IMG/VR virus record: IMGVR_UViG_3300014204_000113
Location: 123,989 to 187,988 of that record
Source of the DNA: a virus
Taxonomy: Duplodnaviria > Caudoviricetes
Strand: one strand, 5' to 3'
Length of the DNA: 64,000 bases
This document shows, one piece after another, positions 57,412 through 64,000 of the stretch. Made by a program: the position numbers and the translations under genes. How positions within the stretch are numbered: position 1 is the first letter of the stretch; each line of letters starts with the position of its first letter. The notes below the pieces were generated by a model. That model made no database searches, was not told where the DNA came from, and worked only from the letters and a program-made list of their open reading frames with translations.

Positions 57412-58821
57412 ATGAAACAATACTCTACTGACCCGATTTATTACGTTTATAAATTAGTAAGACCAGACCTGCCCGACCCCTTTCACGTTTGGGAAAGCCA
57501 ACCATTTTATATTGGAAAGGGGTGCAACAACAGAATAAAACACCATCGTAGAAAAGCAAAAAGGGCTTATAACAATTATAAAGGGAGCGACCCTTTGTTT
57601 TTAGAAATTCACGACTTGTGGGATAGAGGGTTAGATTTTAAAGAAATCAAAATACAAGAACAAATTCCCTCAGAACTAGTTTTTGAAATTGAAAATAAAT
57701 TTATTAGAAAATATGGAAGAAAAAACAATGGGACTGGATGTCTTGTAAATAAATCTGGAGGAGGAGAAGGTGGAAACAAAAAAACCAGAGAAGAATTTCT
57801 AGAAGATTTGAAAGATAGATATGGAGAAATTATATATAAAATACTATTAGATTATCCAAACAATCCTATAATAACCCAAGCTGATATCGCCAAAGCCATG
57901 AATATTTCAAGAGAAGCTGTTCGCGTTCTATTAGATAAAATTCATGGGCAGAATGCTTCAAATCTACAATCAAATATGATTGAAATAAACAAACAAAAAT
58001 GTTACATAGGGGGAATTAAAGGGATAGTCGGGGAAAAATTAAGAAAAGAAAAAATTAAATACAAAAAGAAAATTGGAACAATTTGGAAATGTGAAAATGG
58101 CAAAACATTCGCTGTTCACAAATTAGTACTACATAAACAAAGTGGATTATATATAGTAGATTTTGCAGTTAAAGCCGATTACATCATAGTCCATAAAAAC
58201 GACAATATATATATAATACCATCTACAAATAATGATTCTAAAAGAATATATTTACATTATCCAGAAGATTTCAAGCATTTCAAAGACTTTTCTTGTTTAA
58301 AAGATATTGTTAGTCTTGAAAATAAACTACCAGAAAAACAAGAAAAACAAGAAAAACAAGAAGAACCGATTGAAAAAGAAATACCTTATGGATATTGTCA
58401 TTGTGGATGTGGAAAGAAAACTAATATTATAAAAGCTAATAACAAAAAAGGTGGACAAATAAAAGGAGAACCAAATAAATATGTCTTTGGACACAACAAT
58501 AATAAATTATCAGATGATGATATCAAAAGTATAATTTTAAAATATAATAATAATAATATTTCGATGTGTGCATTAGCTAAAGATTATAAAGTCACTCCGG
58601 CTACTATAAAATATCATTTAAAAAATAACAATGTTAAACTAAAACCACATAGAGGAATGAAAAAAGGCAGTAGCTATTCTTGCAAAGAAAAAGAATTCAT
58701 TTGTTCTATTTGTGACAAAATTTTTATAAAGAAAAGGAGACCTAAAGAGATGATTTGCTCTGATTGTAGAAAAAAAGAAAAAGAAGTCGATATAGAATTG
58801 ACTTGCCATTTATTTTATTAA
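57412..58821 (+). CDS. GIY-YIG (LEM-3-like) multidomain protein with HTH and Zn motifs
   Basis: YYVY.L.RPD, PFYIGKG, YGR..GTG.L.N..GGEG; TQADIAKAMNISRE HTH; CHCGCG; ATG behind AAGGAG. Confidence 0.75.
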   Translation: MKQYSTDPIYYVYKLVRPDLPDPFHVWESQPFYIGKGCNNRIKHHRRKAKRAYNNYKGSDPLFLEIHDLWDRGLDFKEIKIQEQIPSELVFEIENKFIRKYGRKNNGTGCLVNKSGGGEGGNKKTREEFLEDLKDRYGEIIYKILLDYPNNPIITQADIAKAMNISREAVRVLLDKIHGQNASNLQSNMIEINKQKCYIGGIKGIVGEKLRKEKIKYKKKIGTIWKCENGKTFAVHKLVLHKQSGLYIVDFAVKADYIIVHKNDNIYIIPSTNNDSKRIYLHYPEDFKHFKDFSCLKDIVSLENKLPEKQEKQEKQEEPIEKEIPYGYCHCGCGKKTNIIKANNKKGGQIKGEPNKYVFGHNNNKLSDDDIKSIILKYNNNNISMCALAKDYKVTPATIKYHLKNNNVKLKPHRGMKKGSSYSCKEKEFICSICDKIFIKKRRPKEMICSDCRKKEKEVDIELTCHLFY

Positions 58822-58916
58822 AAAATAATTATTATAGAAAAACCCTTAAAAATCAAGAAGTTATAAATTTTTAGAGGGAAATTTCTTCTATTCTAAAAAT
58901 TCCTTGAAAATTTTTC

Positions 58917-58945
58917 TTGACAAGAATTTCCAGACAAGGTAGGCT
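58917..58945 (+). promoter_or_regulatory. possible sigma70 promoter
   Basis: TTGACA-17 nt-TAGGCT. Confidence 0.45.
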
Positions 58946-58994
58946 ATAAATAATTCAAGGATTAAAAAAATTATGGGCAAAGGGCATTATTTTC

Positions 58995-59022
58995 TTGACA
59001 TGGGGTTCTGAGTATATATAAT
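58995..59022 (+). promoter_or_regulatory. sigma70-type promoter
   Basis: TTGACA-16 nt-TATAAT. Confidence 0.75.
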
Positions 59023-59031
59023 GAAGGTAAC

Positions 59032-59102
59032 GGATAGGGTTGTCCTGTCCTGCGACCTTCCCAATCTAAACCCCGCTCCCCCGGCTATGGGTTGGGGAGG
59101 TC
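59032..59102 (+). ncRNA. two-hairpin structured RNA candidate
   Basis: GGATAGG/CCTGTCC stem; 15-bp stem 59054-59068/59088-59102 with three G.U pairs and C-rich loop; starts just after promoter. Confidence 0.55.
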
Positions 59103-59357
59103 AATTATCCAAGAAGGATGAAAATAGTTGCCAACATTCAATTCATTCGACGAATTAAGGAAATTCTATTTTCCAAAACGGTATGTCAAAGAACACATAC
59201 TGGAAATAATTGAAGAATTGCTTTATCAAAATATATCAAAAGAAGACTTTTTGAAACTAATGGACGAAGTGAAGGAGAAAGAATAAAAGTTTATGGACCT
59301 GAGAATCAATGAAACCCTTGAAACGAATGTCCATAATTTTTATAACAAAGGTTTTGA

Positions 59358-59729
59358 ATGACCCAATCTAAATTAATTTCACTTGCCATAGATGAAGCAT
59401 TCAAATCGACACACCAACACAAGATTGGTGCCATCATCTATACCAACAAAGGCATTATAAGCAGAGGACATAATGATGCCAACACATGGCGACACAATCT
59501 GCATCCTAAATATAAAAGGTGGCCTACATCTATACATGCTGAGGTTGCGGCCATATTGTCAGCCAAAAAAGATTTGAAAGGATGTTTCATCTTGGTTATC
59601 AGAGTAAACAAAATAGGTGAGTTGAGAATGGCCAAACCTTGTAATTTATGTATGAACTATATAAGTTATGTTGGAATCAAGAAGGTTACTTATTCTACTG
59701 GAAATGGAATGGAGACTATTGTATTATGA
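59358..59729 (+). CDS. cytidine/deoxycytidylate deaminase family protein
   Basis: HAE and PCxxC motifs. Confidence 0.85.
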   Translation: MTQSKLISLAIDEAFKSTHQHKIGAIIYTNKGIISRGHNDANTWRHNLHPKYKRWPTSIHAEVAAILSAKKDLKGCFILVIRVNKIGELRMAKPCNLCMNYISYVGIKKVTYSTGNGMETIVL

Positions 59730-59884
59730 AAATTCCTTTATATGTGCCAGAAGAAAACGCTTTGGAAGTAGCTAAAATTATCATAATTGGAATATCAAAC
59801 ACATCTGAAATTTCAGAAGATGTCAGGAAGGGTTTAGAAGAATGGTGTAAAGAAGTAGAAAAATATATTTTGGAGGAGAATTAA
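59726..59884 (+). CDS. small hypothetical protein
   Basis: ATGA overlap with deaminase (MKIPLYV...). Confidence 0.5.
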   Translation: MKIPLYVPEENALEVAKIIIIGISNTSEISEDVRKGLEEWCKEVEKYILEEN

Positions 59885-59885
59885 C

Positions 59886-60293
59886 ATACAAACTTTCCTT
59901 CCAATTCCCAATTTTCAAGAGACAGCAAAATGTCTTGATTACAGACGTTTGGGAAAACAAAGAGTTGAAACCAAAATGATTATAGACATATTAGAAGGCA
60001 ATGCCAAATCAAACGCTTGGAAAAATCATCCAGCAGTCAGAATGTGGAAAGGATATGAATTGGCATTGAAATATTATTTTAATGTTATTTCAGAAGAGTG
60101 GGTAAAAAGAGGATACAAACATAATATGGGTTTTTATTTCCCTTTAGCTCATTATGTGGAATATCCACCTTGGTTTAAAAATGAAGAATTTCATTTAAGT
60201 CATCAAAGCAATTTAGTCAGAAAATTACCAGAACATTACAGCAAATATTTTCCAAATGTGCCAAACGATTTGCCTTATATTTGGCCTGTGTAG
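59886..60293 (+). CDS. MSMEG_6728 / pyrimidine-dimer glycosylase-like protein (ATA start)
   Basis: (I)QTFLP..F...A..LD.RRLGKQRVE, HPAV.MW.GY, H.SHQSNL.RK..HY, LPY.WP. Confidence 0.8.
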   Translation: MQTFLPIPNFQETAKCLDYRRLGKQRVETKMIIDILEGNAKSNAWKNHPAVRMWKGYELALKYYFNVISEEWVKRGYKHNMGFYFPLAHYVEYPPWFKNEEFHLSHQSNLVRKLPEHYSKYFPNVPNDLPYIWPV

Positions 60294-60305
60294 AGGTTAT
60301 ATGAA

Positions 60306-60479
60306 ATGAATAAAACTTGTAATCATGATTATGAAAATTGTATTCGCAAAGGATGATCACACTATATTTGTCCTTTATGTGGTAAAGATATAAGTTTAAT
60401 TTTAATATTGATGGAAGAAGCAAAAGACAAATATCTTGGTTTAGGTTATTCAGATGAACAGCGCGAGAAAATGAAATGA
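60306..60479 (+). CDS. 57-codon Cys-rich ORF with in-frame TGA at 60354 (readthrough or pseudogene)
   Basis: MNKTCNHDYENCIRKG*SHYICPLCGK...; fills gap and overlaps next start as ATGA. Confidence 0.45.
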
Positions 60480-60682
60480 ATAATGAAATTGGACCGACAA
60501 AAAACATAGATAATTTAATTGAAGAAGAAATAAGTCGTCTTGAAAACATGCTTCGCGATGATTTATCAGTTAAATTTTGTACTTGTATGTTATCTTATGA
60601 TGAATGCCGTAAATGCAAAATATTAGCAAGATTAACCAAACTGAAATTAAGTCAAGGTAAGGGGAAATTAAATAAGGAATAA
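60476..60682 (+). CDS. hypothetical protein
   Basis: ORF track, packing. Confidence 0.55.
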   Translation: MNNEIGPTKNIDNLIEEEISRLENMLRDDLSVKFCTCMLSYDECRKCKILARLTKLKLSQGKGKLNKE

Positions 60683-60686
60683 TAAG

Positions 60687-61058
60687 ATGGCAAAAATATT
60701 TGATGGTTTTGATTTCACAGAATTATACACTGTTTGGAATCTTGAACTTTGTCCAGAAGAAGAAATAGCAGAAGACAATCCAGAAGATTTAACTGATTAT
60801 CCCGCAAAAGCCATACAAGAATATTTAGATTGGGTATTAATGATTTCTATGGGTGGTTTAAGAAATACTGGTTATGGCCCACAAAGAATATTGCAAGAAA
60901 CTGCATTTGATTTGCGTTTATTTTTAATCGCATTGGCAGACGATTTGGATAGCGGCTGGGGTTATCACGGACCCGTATTTCGCGGTTTATCACAAGTAGA
61001 AGATGATTGGTCTATGGTTCAAATGGCAGTAGGTTTGATACCATCTATGTGGAGTTAA
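60687..61058 (+). CDS. hypothetical protein
   Basis: AAGGA SD. Confidence 0.65.
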   Translation: MAKIFDGFDFTELYTVWNLELCPEEEIAEDNPEDLTDYPAKAIQEYLDWVLMISMGGLRNTGYGPQRILQETAFDLRLFLIALADDLDSGWGYHGPVFRGLSQVEDDWSMVQMAVGLIPSMWS

Positions 61059-61061
61059 ACA

Positions 61062-61274
61062 ATGAATATTAAAGAAATCACAACACAAGAAATTTCCTAC
61101 GGATTTGGCAAACCATGTTGCAGAGATTTACAATCTCATATTCATGCCGGTTCTATACGAATAGAAACTATTGCAGAACATGGGACTGGTAAAAAAGTTT
61201 GGTCTGTAGTATTTGTGAAAAGTAAAATCAATTTTTGTCCGTTCTGTAGTGAAAAATTCGAGATGGGTGAATAA
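61062..61274 (+). CDS. small Cys-containing protein
   Basis: CC, FCPFC. Confidence 0.6.
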   Translation: MNIKEITTQEISYGFGKPCCRDLQSHIHAGSIRIETIAEHGTGKKVWSVVFVKSKINFCPFCSEKFEMGE

Positions 61275-61276
61275 AA

Positions 61277-61486
61277 ATGACTAATTTTAAAGAAATAAAA
61301 ATAACCAAAGGCGAATTAAAAGGCAAGACGGCAATATTCGAAACTGAAGGAAAAACGGTGCAAATATGTTGCCAAAATTGTGGATACACCGATTGGCAAA
61401 CTTTCTTTATCAAAGTATTTGGTGTCAGAGACATAGGAAGAAATTGCCCAGAATGTGGGTCTGAATTGTGGTTTGATGAGGAATAA
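61277..61486 (+). CDS. small Zn-ribbon protein
   Basis: CQNC, CPEC. Confidence 0.6.
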   Translation: MTNFKEIKITKGELKGKTAIFETEGKTVQICCQNCGYTDWQTFFIKVFGVRDIGRNCPECGSELWFDEE

Positions 61487-61518
61487 AATACTATACCAAT
61501 TTAGTAGGAATTAAATAA

Positions 61519-61986
61519 ATGATTAAAAATCCAATAACCAAAAAACCACCTTTAGACGAAACGCCAAGAAACAAATCTGGAAGAAAGAAACGAAGAGAAA
61601 CTGTCTGTGAAGATAAAAGGCGTGGATTAAATTGTCATATTTGCGGGTCTGATGATATTGTTTATGAAGTTTTAGGTTGGTGTGAAGTTTGTGGTAAAGA
61701 AACTTTTAATATTTCTCTTTCAGCATGTTATTGGAGGTTTGATTGGAGTGACATAGAATCACCATGTAATTGTGATGATATCCAATACAAAGAATATAAA
61801 TTAAGAAGACGATGGAAGAAAAATCCCAGACATTATGATTCAAACAAGGTGTGTTTGACTTGTAGTAGTATGGAAGCAAAAACTTGTCCTAATTGTCATG
61901 GAAATTGTTGGACTTCGCCATTCGGAGAAAAAAGATGCAGTAGTTGTGGTTATAGACATAAAGGATACAAAAAGGAGAAATCATGA
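61519..61986 (+). CDS. multi Zn-finger protein
   Basis: five CxxC motifs. Confidence 0.6.
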   Translation: MIKNPITKKPPLDETPRNKSGRKKRRETVCEDKRRGLNCHICGSDDIVYEVLGWCEVCGKETFNISLSACYWRFDWSDIESPCNCDDIQYKEYKLRRRWKKNPRHYDSNKVCLTCSSMEAKTCPNCHGNCWTSPFGEKRCSSCGYRHKGYKKEKS

Positions 61987-62216
61987 CAGACCTTCCAATC
62001 CACCTTCCGCCTTCACAAGACCCTCACAGCGAACCATCTATCCATGTGGAGGTATGGCTTCCACAATCTAATCTTGATGGCCTTCACGCGCTGTTGCAAT
62101 GGCTTGACGGCTATGAAAGCGCCAAAAGCGGCAAGATACCCGGACATTTTGAATTGATAAGCCATTTTCGGCAATTGAAGTCGAGTATTTATGCTTTGAA
62201 AGACAAGGATAAATAA
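61983..62216 (+). CDS. hypothetical protein
   Basis: ATGA overlap, AAGGAG SD. Confidence 0.6.
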   Translation: MTDLPIHLPPSQDPHSEPSIHVEVWLPQSNLDGLHALLQWLDGYESAKSGKIPGHFELISHFRQLKSSIYALKDKDK

Positions 62217-62471
62217 ATGCTTAAATTCCATGAAAAATGTTGTTTTACTTGCCGTTATTACAGAAGTGGAAATGTAGTTACTGATTGTCTAAATCTAGGT
62301 AGAACTCTCTCATTTGCAGATGTTCTTTATGCAGACCGCGCTAGATATTGCGATTTTTGGAAAAAGCGACCTAAAACTTGGGATGTTCACACTGACAAAA
62401 ATCCTTTCTGGGAAGATAAATATATTCCAAGAGAGGTGCAACTAAATCTTCCCGGTAGAAAATGTAAATAA
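62217..62471 (+). CDS. Cys-containing hypothetical protein
   Basis: CFTC.YY, CDFW. Confidence 0.6.
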   Translation: MLKFHEKCCFTCRYYRSGNVVTDCLNLGRTLSFADVLYADRARYCDFWKKRPKTWDVHTDKNPFWEDKYIPREVQLNLPGRKCK

Positions 62472-62810
62472 ATGAAATGTCCAGAGTGTAATTCAGAAAT
62501 GATTCTTAAAAATTCCCGTTATGGTAAATTCTATAGTTGTATTAATTGGCCAAAATGCAAAGGCTCTCATGGGGCGCATCCAAATGGCTTACCGTTAGGC
62601 ATTCCTGCCGATGCAGAAACTAAAAAATTAAGAATAGAAGCACATAAACTATTTGACAAACTATGGGAAAATAGTAATATGACAAGAACGCAAGCCTATC
62701 AAAAATTACAAAATTTAATGAATATGACAAAAGAAGAGGCACATATAGGAAAATTTAATAAAGAACAGTGTTTAAAAATGATTGAAATATTAAATAGAAA
62801 AGGCAAATAA
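62472..62810 (+). CDS. topoisomerase-type C4 Zn finger + DUF3268-like protein
   Basis: CPEC..M.L...YGKFY.C..WPKC; PLG.PA...R..AH..FD..W; HIG.F. Confidence 0.75.
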   Translation: MKCPECNSEMILKNSRYGKFYSCINWPKCKGSHGAHPNGLPLGIPADAETKKLRIEAHKLFDKLWENSNMTRTQAYQKLQNLMNMTKEEAHIGKFNKEQCLKMIEILNRKGK

Positions 62811-62812
62811 TT

Positions 62813-63055
62813 ATGGGTGATATGGCAGATTTTTCTTTAGACAATTTATATGATTTTGATGAAGTATATTGCAATGGAGAAATAGATGAAGAAACTAATG
62901 AAGTCATAAAATCACCATTTATGTATGAACAAAAAGTTCATGGCCCTGGAAATTGTCCAATTTGTAAAGGTTTAACACATCTTATAAATGGTAAATATGG
63001 ATTATTTTATGGATGTAATAATTTTCCTAAATGTAAAGGAAGAAGAGGAATTTAA
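62813..63055 (+). CDS. topoisomerase-type C4 Zn-finger protein
   Basis: CPIC...GKYG.FYGC.NFPKC. Confidence 0.7.
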   Translation: MGDMADFSLDNLYDFDEVYCNGEIDEETNEVIKSPFMYEQKVHGPGNCPICKGLTHLINGKYGLFYGCNNFPKCKGRRGI

Positions 63056-63262
63056 ATGACTTACCAAATCTTATATCTCATTATAGGTCTAGTTGTTGCT
63101 TATCTATTTTCTCAAAATACTTTCAGAGAACTTTCACCATGCAGTTTTGAAGATTGTATCGTGGTAGGAATTGCTTTTGTTGCAGGTTTATTTTTATGGC
63201 CTATTTTATTAGGATTGTTGTTAATCGGTAGCGTTGTTTGGATTATAAAAAAATATCTCTAA
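63056..63262 (+). CDS. small membrane protein
   Basis: two TM segments, LWP motif. Confidence 0.6.
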   Translation: MTYQILYLIIGLVVAYLFSQNTFRELSPCSFEDCIVVGIAFVAGLFLWPILLGLLLIGSVVWIIKKYL

Positions 63263-63466
63263 TGACTCTATAAATACCAAAACCCACCATATTTTTAAAA
63301 CCAGTTTCAACAAATGAATAGAAAGTGGTTAGGTTATGAATAAAAGACAACGTAAAAAGAAGAAAAAGAAATTCATTAGAGGTACATTACTACCACCTGG
63401 AAAAACACATAAGTCTAAAAAAGATTACAATAGGAAAAATAAAAAACAGATAGAAGAGGAATAAAT

Positions 63467-63676
63467 ATGGAATACGTTTCAAATGTTCTGCTCAAGAAAG
63501 ATGACAATGATGCAAACTTTATCCACCTATACATACCTGGAAACTATTATTTATGTTCTCTACATATAGATTCTTTATATGATCTTTTTGGAGAATATAA
63601 TCAGAAAGAAATAAAAAATCTTCTCGCTAATGGTGGATTAGTTCCTTTCACTCTAGGTTTACAACTGCAATCATAA
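63467..63676 (+). CDS. hypothetical protein
   Basis: GAGG SD. Confidence 0.55.
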   Translation: MEYVSNVLLKKDDNDANFIHLYIPGNYYLCSLHIDSLYDLFGEYNQKEIKNLLANGGLVPFTLGLQLQS

Positions 63677-63693
63677 AAAGGAGGACAACTATC

Positions 63694-64000
63694 ATGTATC
63701 TACTAAAAATTTTAATCTCTTTATCACTTCTTTTAAATTCTTTTGCTTGTGGAGAATTGCCCCCTTCAAATGCGGAAAGTTTTCTAAAAGGGGAACATCA
63801 ACTTCGCAAGATGGTAGAAAAAGAAGAACTGTTTGGAACTATGTCTGGTGGTTTTTTCTTATTCATGGGAGGAATTAACGGTGAGATGAAATCTCAAACA
63901 AATGTGAAATTTGCTTGGGAAATGAATGACAAGACTTATGCAATCTCATCACTACCAATAGAAAGATTTCGTATAAAATTTGATGAGTCCATCACAAACC
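63694..64000 (+). CDS. putative exported protein / lipoprotein (3' partial)
   Basis: AGGAGG SD, signal-like N-terminus ending FAC, frame open to window end. Confidence 0.55.
   Translation, partial: MYLLKILISLSLLLNSFACGELPPSNAESFLKGEHQLRKMVEKEELFGTMSGGFFLFMGGINGEMKSQTNVKFAWEMNDKTYAISSLPIERFRIKFDESITN

Noticed and set aside
1-64000. Genome-wide UGA reassignment
   Set aside because: Many genes end in TGA next to the following start, Trp is TGG, and coding density is high under the standard code.
1-64000. tRNA (including tRNA-Sec), rRNA, integrase, group I/II introns
   Set aside because: No cloverleaf or intron core recognised by eye and genes flanking the endonucleases look uninterrupted; tRNAscan/Infernal could not be run.

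Overview
AT-rich segment of a large tailed (siphovirus-like) phage, probably of a Gram-negative host (overlapping i-/o-spanin pair). The ~52 kb minus-strand block (57220 down to 5566) carries three terminase-small-subunit-like paralogs, an intein-containing large terminase, portal, gp7/gpF-like minor head protein, lysis cassette, scaffold, major capsid, cement, a sugar-modification/glycosyltransferase cluster, neck and tail genes, tape measure and a GC-richer tail-fibre module. It is interspersed with GIY-YIG and HNH endonucleases and small ORFs. Plus-strand accessory genes flank it. Main findings: (1) A stand-alone RAMP/Cas7-like gene (2587-3153) and three non-coding arrays with strict 5-nt period, a fixed trinucleotide plus a variable NN (TGT-NN at 2451-2540, GGY-NN at 4202-4271, GGT-NN on the minus strand at 43555-43642). 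The third array's NN string matches the adjacent small ORF when every third base is skipped (22/26 nt), which points to a non-contiguous RNA-guide (VIPR-type) system. (2) An in-frame UGA at the conserved Cys of the minor head protein HPxCRC motif, followed by a SECIS-like hairpin: a candidate phage structural selenoprotein. (3) A WbpB/WbpD/GT2 cluster inside the virion operon, several structured RNA elements and two genes with non-canonical start codons. All family assignments come from motif recognition by eye; no database search was run.
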